52,402 bases of DNA from Methanothrix sp. (GCA_040770465.1 JAXGJB010000014.1:1-52402); one strand, 5' to 3'. Positions 1 through 9,771 are shown, counted from the stretch's first letter. Translations and numbers: made by a program. Notes: generated from the letters alone by a model not told the origin.

Positions 1-716
1 ATATTGGACTCTAATTTAATGCCTTCAAGAACGTTTTTGACGCCGACCTTGGTGGAGTCTGCGCCGTATGTGATGTCTATCCAGATAGCGTCGCTGAAAC
101 TTCTGCCGTCGAGCAAAAAACCCGGATACGAATAGCGCCCGGCAATCTTGATCAGTTTCAGGTTCGACTCCGAATTTGCCACCGACATCTCGTAATCGTT
201 TTGCCAAAAACGATTCGGATTGGCCAAGTAGGGCAACCTGCTCGCCCTATAGACAATCGGATCATCGAGATGATGGCCTGAAGAAACCTCGCGATGGAGA
301 AGCGAATGGGGGTCTGTCCCCGCAAAGCCAAAGATAAAATCGCAATCAAGGCTCCACTGCATTAGATCGCCGCGCTCAAAGTCTTCCTCAAAGTCGGAAC
401 TGACCGTATCTACCCCTCCATCGCGGTCTGAAGCTACTCGGAATAGATATATGCTAAGAAATGATATTTGAATTTTTCGTTTAATAATTCTTAGGTCACA
501 TTCGGATAGTAGAATACACCAGTGCCTGCTGCGATAATTTCCAAAATAACCGAATAAAATTGATGTAACAATATAACTATAATGACATTGTATTGGGCAT
601 CTCAATTTTTCCATTTCATCCTGCCGGAAGCATCCCCATTGTTGGAACGCAAAATGAGCAGCAATAGGATGATCTACAGCTCTGTTGCAAGGTGAAGCAA
701 ATCCGGATGGGTCCAT
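1..716 (-). CDS. Possible hypothetical protein, running off the left window edge (start uncertain: ATG 716 or ATG 362)
   Basis: Manual translation shows a stop-free minus-strand frame from ATG 716 to base 1 (...MQWSLDCDFIFGFAGTDPHSLL...GVKNVLEGIKLESN). It is missing from the ORF track because no stop lies in the window. No family recognised. Confidence 0.35.
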   Translation of the reverse strand, partial: MDPSGFASPCNRAVDHPIAAHFAFQQWGCFRQDEMEKLRCPIQCHYSYIVTSILFGYFGNYRSRHWCILLSECDLRIIKRKIQISFLSIYLFRVASDRDGGVDTVSSDFEEDFERGDLMQWSLDCDFIFGFAGTDPHSLLHREVSSGHHLDDPIVYRASRLPYLANPNRFWQNDYEMSVANSESNLKLIKIAGRYSYPGFLLDGRSFSDAIWIDITYGADSTKVGVKNVLEGIKLESN

Positions 717-887
717 ACTTCAACCTATATGGGTGAAGACCCCTCGATAATCAGCAAAAAAACAAGCGGCTTGATTTGTATCTGTTGTGCTTCAAAGACC
801 GATGCCAAGATGCCGCAAAACAGATTGAGAGAGAGAGAGAGGATGCCCCGCCCTCGTTCGAGGCCGCGGGGCAAAGGCCTCCCTCGG

Positions 888-914
888 TTCAGCTCAGATC
901 ATTCAGCTCAGATC
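888..914. repeat. Tandem duplication TTCAGCTCAGATC x2 (period 14)
   Basis: 888-900 and 902-914 are identical. Confidence 0.85.
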
Positions 915-1105
915 CGCGCAGGTCAGGTCGCCCGAATAGCGTCCGACATACTCGAACTCCCAGTTGGGCGGGCTCCACAGCCCGCAGGCTGTGGACTCGC
1001 ACTCCGAAGGCTCGCCGACCTAGATCTCTGAGCTCGCCCGGACCGGACCGACCACGGGGCCGTCGACGGACCTCGACAGCCGCACGGGTAAAGGGCGGAC
1101 CGTCA

Positions 1106-1137
1106 CCAGGCGATTGCCTTCCCAGGCGATTGCCTTC
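1106..1137. repeat. Perfect 16-bp tandem duplication CCAGGCGATTGCCTTC x2
   Basis: 1106-1121 and 1122-1137 are identical. Confidence 0.9.
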
Positions 1138-1328
1138 TGCCCGAGGATGAAGACGCTGATCCAGATGACGCTTCACCGGAGACTATGAGAAGATATGATG
1201 GCACCTTCCTTTCGACGGAAAGCGAGGTAAGCGGCAGGTAGAAGAGGGATCAAAAGAGGGCAGAATAATCAAATAACGACCGGGCCACCGATTCGACGCC
1301 TCCCGCCCAGACTCGGCCTGGAGAGGGT

Positions 1329-2432
1329 CTAGTAGACCTCCTCCAGGTCCTCGATGTAGGCGAAGGCGTCGTCCAGCTGCTTTTTGGCCCTGGTCTTCCG
1401 GCACTTCTCCTCCTGGATCGCCTGGGCCGCCTGGGCGTAGAGCATCTCAAGGTCTGGCACCTGCTCCAGGGTGAAGACCGAGAGGATCTTCGGCCTCCCC
1501 TTCTTTATGACGATCCCCTTGAAGACCTGGCCGATCTTCGCCGAGAGCTTCTCGACGGACTTTGTGATCTCGTCGACGTCCAGGGAGTCCCTTGACCCCT
1601 GGATTATGATCATCGCCCTCGCCGCGTCCTCGTAGACGTCGGCGGGGTAGAGGAGGCCGCTGGGCTTGAGGGAGCTCTCGATCGCCGAGGTGAGGGAGGC
1701 GGTCTTCTTGTCCGACTCGTAGAAGCCGAGGGTCCCCATCCCAAGGCCCCCTTTCATCACAGTCTTGAAGTCGCCGAGATCGGTGACCGAGAGCATCTCG
1801 CTGTCCAATGACTCGATGAGGAAGAGGAGCCTCTCCGCCACCATGGAGTTGATCTTGTCGTAGGCGGTCTTGATGTCGCCGCTCAGCCGCTTCAGGTACT
1901 GGTTGTCGACGAGGATGATCCCGTCGGACTCCACCTCCATGATGTCCCTCATGCTGAAGGCGGCGTTCTGGAGGTATATCGACCCCTCCTCCCTGAAGGG
2001 GAGGACCATCACCGGGATCACTGTGATTTTGTTGTACCTCTCCCTCAGCTCGTGGACCACCAGCGGCGTGAAGGAGGACCCCGTCCCCCCGGAGGCGGAG
2101 GTCATCACGAAGGCGACGTCGAAGTCCCCCCTCCGCTCGATCTCGTCCATGATCATCTCGCGGTTGTCCCAGAACCCCTGTTTTCCTATCCCCCGATTGG
2201 CTCCGACCCCGTGGAGGTTCGGGACGTGGAGCCGGTCTTTGGCGGCGGTGAACTTCATCTCCTTGAGGTCGTTGACGGCGGTGTTTATGGCCAGGGTCTC
2301 AACCCTGCTGGGAAACTTCTGCCTAGAATAGTATTTGGACAGCCTGGTGGACCCGCCGAAGGCCTCTCTGTTGACGGCGTCGAGTATCCGGTTTCCACAC
2401 TGGCCGATCCCCAGCATCAGTACGTTCAACAT
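1329..2432 (-). CDS. Tubulin/FtsZ-superfamily GTPase, divergent CetZ-like type
   Basis: T1 loop GIGQCGNRILD, AINTA, HGVGANR, signature variant SGGTGSS, LPFREEG, LVDNQ, T7-like VTDLGDFKTVM. Confidence 0.88.
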   Translation of the reverse strand: MLNVLMLGIGQCGNRILDAVNREAFGGSTRLSKYYSRQKFPSRVETLAINTAVNDLKEMKFTAAKDRLHVPNLHGVGANRGIGKQGFWDNREMIMDEIERRGDFDVAFVMTSASGGTGSSFTPLVVHELRERYNKITVIPVMVLPFREEGSIYLQNAAFSMRDIMEVESDGIILVDNQYLKRLSGDIKTAYDKINSMVAERLLFLIESLDSEMLSVTDLGDFKTVMKGGLGMGTLGFYESDKKTASLTSAIESSLKPSGLLYPADVYEDAARAMIIIQGSRDSLDVDEITKSVEKLSAKIGQVFKGIVIKKGRPKILSVFTLEQVPDLEMLYAQAAQAIQEEKCRKTRAKKQLDDAFAYIEDLEEVY

Positions 2433-2559
2433 ATATCTCAGTCCAGATAACTTAATTGCAAAGGCGTCATGCCGGCGCCAGGCGGCGTTGTGATATCATG
2501 ATCATTTCGTCTTCCGGGCTTTTGGGCCCGTCTCATCCGATGTACCATCTGACTCCGCC

Positions 2560-3756
2560 TTAATATTTATATTCTCTGTACCGTCTGAAGAGCCAGATCC
2601 CAATTATGATCGCTGGCACTATGGGGAGGTAATAGAGGAACTTATACTCCCTCTCCATAACCGTCACCTCGAAGGCCGCCGTCTTCTGCAGCACATCCCC
2701 GTCGCCCTGGAAGCTGGCCAAAAGGTCGATCTTGTAGCTTCCGCTCCGCGACCCCAGGACGGTCGCAGTGTAGCTCTCAGATCCCCCCGGAGGGATCTCG
2801 TAGAAGCTCTCATCGAGGCCCCCCTCCGCAATCTCGAGGCGCCCGTCGGGTTTGACCTCAGATGTCACCTCCACCCGGTAAGCGGAAGCATCGCCCACGT
2901 TCTTGACGGTGACGTTGATCGTCCCCTGACCGCCAAACGCGATGGGCCCGGGCGAGTCGACCTCAAAGACCAGATCCGGCTTTCTCTCGGGCCTTATGGT
3001 CACGCTAAGGGATTGTGAGCTAGCGGAGGATACCGTCGACTTCGAGTCGGAGTAACGAGCCACCGCCGCCGGGATCTCCACCTCCCCCTCGGCGGCCGCC
3101 ACCATCGAGTAGACGGCGACGTCCGTCTCGCCGGGTTCCAGGGTGTTCTTGATCTTGGGAGGGTATCCTGCCACATACCTGAACGATGGGAGAGGCGGAG
3201 AGTCCTGGATCAGGACGTCCCGGGCGGTGTCGTTTCCGGCATTGGTCACGGTGATCGTAACCTTCACCTCGTCTCCTGCGCTGATATCGGTTCTATCCAG
3301 GGTCGACGAAACCTCCAGCTTCGGCAGGTTCTTAGGGGCCATCGCCCTCTCGGTGACGTACTTCTTGGGGTATCCGTAATCAGACCTGTACTCCGCCCTC
3401 ATCCTGACCGTATCCTCGTCGAAGATCTCAGTCACGGTGAGGGTCAGGCCGCCGTCCTCCGCCCCCTCGTCGAAGTTGGCGTCCCTGAAATCTTCCATCA
3501 CCCTCCAGTCTTCAAAGTCGCTGACCCTCTTCCAGGCCCTGACCTCCACCAGCCCGTCGATCACCGATACTACGCTTATCAGCTCCACCCGGTAATCTCC
3601 GATCTTGACCCCTTCCCCGACCCTGAGGGAGAACTCCCGGGAGATGATCTCCTCCTCTTCGTCCCCATCATCATCGTCGGAAGCAGCCATCGCCGTCGGC
3701 GCGAGGATGGTGGGGATCGCCACAAGAGCGAGCATCAAGAGATAGATCAGTCGCAT
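2560..3756 (-). CDS. Membrane-anchored cell-surface protein with Ig-like (DUF11/BatD/COG1361-type) domains
   Basis: N-terminal signal peptide, repeated V-T-I-T-V-x-N-x-G-x-x-x-A motifs, C-terminal TM helix plus basic tail (LFRRYREYKY). Confidence 0.75.
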   Translation of the reverse strand: MRLIYLLMLALVAIPTILAPTAMAASDDDDGDEEEEIISREFSLRVGEGVKIGDYRVELISVVSVIDGLVEVRAWKRVSDFEDWRVMEDFRDANFDEGAEDGGLTLTVTEIFDEDTVRMRAEYRSDYGYPKKYVTERAMAPKNLPKLEVSSTLDRTDISAGDEVKVTITVTNAGNDTARDVLIQDSPPLPSFRYVAGYPPKIKNTLEPGETDVAVYSMVAAAEGEVEIPAAVARYSDSKSTVSSASSQSLSVTIRPERKPDLVFEVDSPGPIAFGGQGTINVTVKNVGDASAYRVEVTSEVKPDGRLEIAEGGLDESFYEIPPGGSESYTATVLGSRSGSYKIDLLASFQGDGDVLQKTAAFEVTVMEREYKFLYYLPIVPAIIIGIWLFRRYREYKY

Positions 3757-3835
3757 TCCAACTCACCGAACTTGGACCTGGTTAATTTAACGATCGATAT
3801 AACGTTTACTGTCGTTATCAACAACCCTTCCCGGA

Positions 3836-4651
3836 TCAAACCTCTATATCCAGGCTGAAGTCGATCCATCTCGCCGATCTGGTGAGGGCACCCATGGAGA
3901 CTACGTCAATCCCCGATGATGCATATTCGGAGAGGTTCTCGGGCGTTATCCCCCCTGACGCCTCCAGCACGACCCGGTCCCGAAGACCCTCGCGTCTCAG
4001 AAGATGGACCCCCTCCCGGATCCGGTCGGGGCTCATGTTGTCGAACATTATTATGTCCGCCCCGAGGAGGGCCGCCTTCACCGCGTCCTCCAGCCGCTCC
4101 ACCTCCACCTCGATCTTCTTGGTGAAGCTGGCCCTCTGCCTCGCAGCCGCCATCGCCTCCTCGAGGCTCATCAGCTTGAGGTGGTTGTCCTTGATGATGA
4201 CGGAGCTTGATAGATCGAACCGATGGGGATCGCCCCCGCCCACCACCACCGCCCTCTTCTCGAAGCGCCGAAAGCCGGGCGTGGTCTTCCGGGTGCAGGC
4301 GACCCTGACCTCCCCCGCCCGGCCGACGCACTCCCTGGTCAGGGTGGATATCCCGCTCATCCGGCTCATGAAGTTCAGGATCAGCCGTTCGGCCTGGAGG
4401 ATACCCCTCGCCTGCCCCCGGATCTCCAGAACCCTCGAGCCCGCGGCGATCTCGGTCCCCTCCGGGACGAGCCTGTCTCCATTTAGCCTGAAATACTTGA
4501 GGATATCGTCGGCCTCCTCCAGCCCGGAAACGACGCATTTCTCCCTGGCAAGGATCACAGCCTTCGCATTAATTTCTGGAACTATTGAGCTTGAGTCGTC
4601 CATCGGCCCAAGGTCTTCTCTCACCAACCGCTCCAGCTCAGAGGATAGCAT
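3836..4651 (-). CDS. nadC: Nicotinate-nucleotide diphosphorylase (carboxylating)
   Basis: CTRKTTPG, HRFDLS, IKDNH, IEVEVE, IMFDNM, EASGGIT motifs. Start moved to ATG 4651 (MLSSELERLVREDLG) to avoid overlap with nadX. Confidence 0.95.
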   Translation of the reverse strand: MLSSELERLVREDLGPMDDSSSIVPEINAKAVILAREKCVVSGLEEADDILKYFRLNGDRLVPEGTEIAAGSRVLEIRGQARGILQAERLILNFMSRMSGISTLTRECVGRAGEVRVACTRKTTPGFRRFEKRAVVVGGGDPHRFDLSSSVIIKDNHLKLMSLEEAMAAARQRASFTKKIEVEVERLEDAVKAALLGADIIMFDNMSPDRIREGVHLLRREGLRDRVVLEASGGITPENLSEYASSGIDVVSMGALTRSARWIDFSLDIEV

Positions 4652-4691
4652 ACCGCAAAAGTTTTGTTGTCTCATCGATTTATAGGCTCCG

Positions 4692-5504
4692 ATGGTTCTG
4701 AAGATAGGGCTTGTTGGCTGTGGCGCGATCGGGATGGAGATCGCAAAAGCCATAGACCGCGGAGATGTCGCGGCTGAGCTGGTGGCGGTCTTCGATCGCA
4801 ACGAGGATAGGGCAAGAGATCTGGTGAAGGGTCTTGAGACAAAACCGATGATATCGGACCTGGAGGTTCTGGTGGAGAGGTCCGATCTCGTGGTGGAGGC
4901 GGCGTCTCAGAGGGCGGTTGCCGGGGTGGCTAAAGCCGCCCTGGAGAGGGGAAGAGACCTCATGATCATGTCCGTCGGCGCCCTCATGGACCAGGATCTT
5001 CGCCGGATGGTAGAGGGGCTGGCAAAAGATCGCAGCTGCCGGGTTTACCTCCCCTCGGGGGCGATATCGGGGCTCGACGGCCTGAAGTCTGCGGGGGCGG
5101 GAAGAATCGATCTCGTCACCCTCACCACCACCAAGAACCCTAAAGGGTTTGTCGGCGCGCCTTACATCGAGGAGAAGAAGATCGACCTGGACGGAATCTC
5201 CAAGGCCACGGTGATATTCGAGGGGCCCGCCGAAGAGGCGGTCCGTGCCTTCCCCGCCAACGTCAACGTCGCCGCGACCCTGAGCCTCACCGCCCGGGGG
5301 TCCAGGGTGATGGTCAGGATCGTGGCAGATCCAGGCGTCGATGTCAACATCCATCAGATAACCGCCGAGGGGGACTTCGGCCGGATCACCACCAGGGTCG
5401 AGAACGTCCCCTCGCCGAGAAACCCCAAGACCAGCTATCTCGCCGCCCTCTCGGCCATCGCCACCCTCAGATCGATCGCCGAGCCCATAAAGATCGGGAC
5501 TTAG
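4692..5504 (+). CDS. nadX: L-aspartate dehydrogenase
   Basis: GCGAIG, VEAASQ, MSVGAL, PSGAISGLD, FPANVNVAATL, NPKTSYLAALS; adjacent to nadC. Confidence 0.95.
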   Translation: MVLKIGLVGCGAIGMEIAKAIDRGDVAAELVAVFDRNEDRARDLVKGLETKPMISDLEVLVERSDLVVEAASQRAVAGVAKAALERGRDLMIMSVGALMDQDLRRMVEGLAKDRSCRVYLPSGAISGLDGLKSAGAGRIDLVTLTTTKNPKGFVGAPYIEEKKIDLDGISKATVIFEGPAEEAVRAFPANVNVAATLSLTARGSRVMVRIVADPGVDVNIHQITAEGDFGRITTRVENVPSPRNPKTSYLAALSAIATLRSIAEPIKIGT

Positions 5505-6922
5505 GCCCACCACTTCTCGGTATCGGGCGGCTTCGATCCGATCACGATGGTATCGTTGTCGATCTTGTAGGGGAGGTCGTCTTCGGGGTTGTAGGTGGCG
5601 TATTGGGCGAGCTCCTCCCTGGCAGCCTCGAGGTCCACCACCGGGTCGGCGGGCTCCATCAGGGGCCGCCAGTCGACGGCGCAGCTGCTCCCCTTCGGTA
5701 TCCAGTAGGGGTCGTCCCCCGTCCCGTCGCCGTCCCGATCCCGGCCGGAGTAGTCGTCGTAGTAGTTTCCGACGGAGCCGTTCCAGAAGTTGTGGCTGGC
5801 GTTGTCGTAGCCGGAGATTAGGTTGCCCCTGAAGTTGTTTTTGTATACCAGGTTGTTATCGTTTTTGTCAAGCCGGATCCCGTTGCTGTTGTCGGAGATC
5901 TCGTTTGCGAATATCAGGTTGAACCTGCAACCCCTCATGAGGTCCAGGCCGTTGAGGTTCTCTTCCAGGACGTTCCCCGCCACCAGGTTGTAGGTGCTGT
6001 TCTCCTGGACGCTGATCCCAATCCCCTGGAGGCCGAGATCGCCTCCACCGGTCTTGGAAGCGCTGTTGTTCAGGACCGAGTTGTTTGACCCCGAGGCCAC
6101 GATGATTCCGTAGTAGACGTTCTGATGGGCGTCGTTCTCCACCAGCCGGCAGAACGATGAGTTCCAGAGGAAGAGCCCATGCCAGTTCTCGACGAACTCG
6201 TTATTCTCGATGGAGCAGCCGGCGGACTCCTTCAGCAGCATCCCGGCCCCGGAGTTGCCGACGACCTCGTTCATCCTGATGGAGAGATCTTCTGAGCCTT
6301 CGAGGAAGGCCCCGTACTTCTCGCACTCCTGGAAGACAGACCCCTCTATTCTGCCGCCGATGCACTCCTGGATCTCAAGGCCGGTCTGGCATCGCAAAAA
6401 CGACGAGTTGACTATGGTGATGTTTCTCGCATCTTTTACCAGGATGCCGGCCTGCGACCCCACCACCGCCACGTCCTCTAAGACGACGTCGTCGCCATCA
6501 ACAAGGACGCCCGAGTTTGGCTGGTTGAGGGAGTACTGGGGCTTTCTGGTCTCCAGGTCCATGTAGTATCTGAACTTGTCGTCCTGGTTCTTCGGGACCC
6601 CCTCCACATTGAAGCCCTTGATCCTGACGCCGTCGGCCCTTATGGTGATCGCCGGCTCCTGGGTCTTGGCCCGAGCCGAAGGGCAGTCGACGCCCTGGAT
6701 GGTGAGAGTCTTGTCCACGGTGAAGGGCTCGTACTCTCCGGCGGAGACGATGAGGGTGTCTCCGGCCGCCGCCCCGTCGATCGCCGCCTGGAGGTCGTCG
6801 GAGGCGTAGATCATCTCGCAGGATGCCGTTCCTCCAAGGCCCACAAGGGCAAGGATCAGAATTGAGAGAGAGGCAAAAGCCCAAGCAGGTGATGTCCCGG
6901 TTCTTCCGGCCCCGGCCTTCAA
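5501..6922 (-). CDS. Secreted right-handed parallel beta-helix (NosD/CASH-type) surface protein
   Basis: Signal peptide, LQAAIDGAAAGDTLIVSAGEY start, repeated N-N-x-x-G-I-x-L units, GNYYDDYSGRDRDGDGTGDDPYWI C-terminal motif. Confidence 0.85.
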   Translation of the reverse strand: MKAGAGRTGTSPAWAFASLSILILALVGLGGTASCEMIYASDDLQAAIDGAAAGDTLIVSAGEYEPFTVDKTLTIQGVDCPSARAKTQEPAITIRADGVRIKGFNVEGVPKNQDDKFRYYMDLETRKPQYSLNQPNSGVLVDGDDVVLEDVAVVGSQAGILVKDARNITIVNSSFLRCQTGLEIQECIGGRIEGSVFQECEKYGAFLEGSEDLSIRMNEVVGNSGAGMLLKESAGCSIENNEFVENWHGLFLWNSSFCRLVENDAHQNVYYGIIVASGSNNSVLNNSASKTGGGDLGLQGIGISVQENSTYNLVAGNVLEENLNGLDLMRGCRFNLIFANEISDNSNGIRLDKNDNNLVYKNNFRGNLISGYDNASHNFWNGSVGNYYDDYSGRDRDGDGTGDDPYWIPKGSSCAVDWRPLMEPADPVVDLEAAREELAQYATYNPEDDLPYKIDNDTIVIGSKPPDTEKWWA

Positions 6923-6935
6923 AGTTGATTCCTCT

Positions 6936-8309
6936 TCAATGTCTGAAGTGGCGCATGCCCGTGAAGACCATGGCCATACCGTGTTCGTTTGCAGCTTCGA
7001 TCACCTCGGCATCCCTGATGGAGCCGCCCGGATGGACGACGGCGGTGGCCCCGGCCTCGAATGTCCGGTCGAGGCCGTCCCGGAAGGGAAAGAAGGAGTC
7101 GGTGGCGGCAACAGTCCCTTTCGTATCCAGCCCGTGCTCCTCGGCCTTCTCGGCCCCGAATCGGGCCGAGTCCACCCGAGAGACCTGGCCCGAGCCGATC
7201 CCGATGGTCTGGTCGCAGGTGGCGTAGACGAGGGCGTTGGACTTGACGTACTTGGTCACCTTCCAGGCGAACCGCAGAGCCATCGTCTCGTCTGAAGTGG
7301 GGGGCCGCTCCGTCACCGTCTTCCAATCCAAAATGTCTCCGGTGTCGTAATCCTGGACCAATAGGCCGCCGAAGACGCTTCGAAACGAACGCCCCTGGTA
7401 AAGCCGGTCGCGACCGGAAAGATGCTCGCTGACGTCCAAGATCCTCCGGTTTGGCTTCTCCCGGAGGATCTCCAGGGCCTCGGGATCGTAGCCCGGAGCC
7501 AAGAGGACCTCGATGAAGTGGTCGCGCATCTCCTCTGCGAGGTCTGCGTCGACGGGCTCGGAGAAAGCTATGACGCCGCCGAAGGCGCTCTTGGGGTCGG
7601 TGGCAAGGGCCCTCCGATAAGCCTCGATCCTGCCATTGCCGTAGGCGACGCCACAGGGGTTGGCGTGCTTGACGATCACAGCCAGGGTCCGATCTTCCCT
7701 CACCCCGTCGTACTCCATCAGGTCGATCAACATCTCCAGGGTCGCCTCGGCGTCGACGACGTTGTTGTAGGACATCTCCTTCCCGCAGAGCTTGGGGGCC
7801 CTGTGGAGGCCGAGGCCGTCGGGCTTCGAGTATAAAGAGGCCTTCTGGTGCCAGTTCTCCCCGTACCTCAGATCCTGCACCTTCTCGTAGGTCTTGATGA
7901 CGTAACGGGGACCGTCCCCCTGGAGAGACCGGAGGGTCTCCGCCTCCTTCGATATGCAACGGTATAAAGCATCGGCGGCGAGCTCTTTTCTCCTCTCCTC
8001 GGTGAATTCGCCTGAGGCCGCCAGATCCTCGATGACCCCTCTGCACCCGTCCTCGCCGATGAGAACCCCGCAGCCGTTCTTCACCGCTGCTCCGACGATC
8101 GACGATGCAAAAGGCGATAGATCGAAGCCCTCGTCGCAGAGGACGAGGCGGTCAGGTCCACCCCACCTCCCACCGGCGGAGGCGATCTCTCCCAGGATCT
8201 CGGAGGCGCTCGACCTTTGGACCAACAGTCCCCTTGCTTCCAGGCCGGGGAGAAGATCGTTCACCTCTGAAGATTCATCTGCCAGGACGACAACTTGCCT
8301 AATCTGCAT
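6936..8309 (-). CDS. purH: PurH-like AICAR transformylase with degenerate N-terminal IMP cyclohydrolase region
   Basis: LRYGENWHQ, SYNN, VKHANPCG, SAFGG, VKSNA, GQVSRVDS, DSFFPFRD, PGGSIRD, FTGMRHFRH present; N-terminal GRVKTLHP and IDIGG motifs absent. Confidence 0.85.
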   Translation of the reverse strand: MQIRQVVVLADESSEVNDLLPGLEARGLLVQRSSASEILGEIASAGGRWGGPDRLVLCDEGFDLSPFASSIVGAAVKNGCGVLIGEDGCRGVIEDLAASGEFTEERRKELAADALYRCISKEAETLRSLQGDGPRYVIKTYEKVQDLRYGENWHQKASLYSKPDGLGLHRAPKLCGKEMSYNNVVDAEATLEMLIDLMEYDGVREDRTLAVIVKHANPCGVAYGNGRIEAYRRALATDPKSAFGGVIAFSEPVDADLAEEMRDHFIEVLLAPGYDPEALEILREKPNRRILDVSEHLSGRDRLYQGRSFRSVFGGLLVQDYDTGDILDWKTVTERPPTSDETMALRFAWKVTKYVKSNALVYATCDQTIGIGSGQVSRVDSARFGAEKAEEHGLDTKGTVAATDSFFPFRDGLDRTFEAGATAVVHPGGSIRDAEVIEAANEHGMAMVFTGMRHFRH

Positions 8310-8450
8310 GAAAACCTTGGTGGTAATGGTCTCAAGGTTATTTTAATATTGCCCCTCATCTGCGATTTTGTCGTCGACGGATGCGAGTTTTTGCGTCTCG
8401 CCATCGGAGTGAGCAAAGCTTTAAGTCGCGCCGGATGCTTTTTTCTCTTC

Positions 8451-8786
8451 ATGACCGAAACCCCTCGGATCCGGGAGGCGATCGACCCCCACCCCCGGGG
8501 GGTTCTCATCAGGTTCGATGTGGCTCCGGGGTCGACGAGCCTCCTCGTCCCCACCGGCTTCAACCCCTGGCGAAAGGCTCTGGAGGCGAAGCTCACCGAA
8601 AAGCCGACGAAAGGGAAGGCCAACCTCCAGCTCGAACGGGCCCTTGCGGAGATCTTCGGGATCGGCGCCGATCGGGTCCAGGTCGCAGCCGGCCTGAAGA
8701 GCTCTCGGAAGGTGGTCCTGGTCATTGGGGTCGACGCGGACGAGGCCGAGAGGAAGCTGGCAGGAAAGGAGAGTTCGACCCCATGA
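8451..8786 (+). CDS. DUF167 / UPF0235 family protein
   Basis: FNPWRKALEAKL, P-x-x-GKAN, G-x-KSSRK motifs; start taken at ATG 8451. Confidence 0.85.
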   Translation: MTETPRIREAIDPHPRGVLIRFDVAPGSTSLLVPTGFNPWRKALEAKLTEKPTKGKANLQLERALAEIFGIGADRVQVAAGLKSSRKVVLVIGVDADEAERKLAGKESSTP

Positions 8787-9244
8787 GCGGGTGGATTCGT
8801 GGCGGCCGGAGAGGCAACCGCGAACCCAGGCCGAGAAGACCGAGCCTCAACCCCGAATCCCTTGAGGAGCTGGTCGCAGAGCTCGTCGAGGCCTCGGGAG
8901 AGGGGGCGGCGATCATCGTCGAGGGTGAGAGGGACGAGCGATCCCTCCGGGACCTGGGGGTCAGTGGGCCGATCATCCGGGCAGCCCGGAGGCCCGCCCT
9001 GGAGGTGGCCGAGGAGGCGGCTCGGGATTACCGAAACGTCGTCGTCCTCACCGACTGGGACCGGGCCGGGGAGGAGCTGGCAAGAAAGATGGAGACGTAC
9101 CTGCGGTCCGCCGGAGCCAAGGTCGACCTCGATACGCGGGATCGGCTGAAACGGATGGTCCGCCGGGAGATAAAGGACGTCGAGAGCCTCAGCAGGTTTG
9201 TAGAGAGGGTGAGGTCTGAGATATGCCCAAAAGAGTTGCCGTAA
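8783..9244 (+). CDS. Small Toprim-domain protein (UPF0292-like)
   Basis: IIVEGERDERSL, LTDWDRAGEEL, IKDVESL; ATG 8783 overlaps the upstream stop (ATGA). Confidence 0.85.
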   Translation: MSGWIRGGRRGNREPRPRRPSLNPESLEELVAELVEASGEGAAIIVEGERDERSLRDLGVSGPIIRAARRPALEVAEEAARDYRNVVVLTDWDRAGEELARKMETYLRSAGAKVDLDTRDRLKRMVRREIKDVESLSRFVERVRSEICPKELP

Positions 9245-9741
9245 CCGGCGTTCCGGGCGCAGGAAAATCGACCCTGGTGATGAGGGTCCTCGACCGGCTC
9301 GGCTGCAGGGCGGGAGGCGTCCTGGCCAGGGAGGTCAGGCTCGGTGAAAAGAGGGTCGGATTTGAGCTTATTGACCTTCAATCTGGCGAGGTCGGAACCC
9401 TCGCCTCGGCAGATGGGGATGGGCCGAAGCTCGGAAGGTACAGGATCAACCTCGCCGCCCTCGAAGATATCGGGGCGGGAGCGATCGAGCGGGCAGTCCG
9501 GGAGGCGGACCTCGTGGTGATCGACGAGGTGGGGCCGATGGAGCTATTCTCAGACGGGTTCGCCGGAGCGGTGGAGGCGGCCCTGGATTCTCTAAAGCCG
9601 ATCCTGGTCGTCGTCCAGATGAGGTCCCGCCACCCCCTAGCGGTGAGGATAAAAGAGGAGTTCCGGCTCTTCGTCGTCACCGAAATGAACAGAGACGACC
9701 TCCCCGGAATGGTCGCCTCCGAGTTCTCCTCGACGATCTGA
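9223..9741 (+). CDS. Nucleoside-triphosphatase (THEP1/NTPase_1 family)
   Basis: Walker A TGVPGAGKST, RVGF, VVIDEVGPME. Confidence 0.92.
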   Translation: MPKRVAVTGVPGAGKSTLVMRVLDRLGCRAGGVLAREVRLGEKRVGFELIDLQSGEVGTLASADGDGPKLGRYRINLAALEDIGAGAIERAVREADLVVIDEVGPMELFSDGFAGAVEAALDSLKPILVVVQMRSRHPLAVRIKEEFRLFVVTEMNRDDLPGMVASEFSSTI

Positions 9742-9771
9742 TTTTTAAAAATCGACGGCTAGGCTTTCGCC

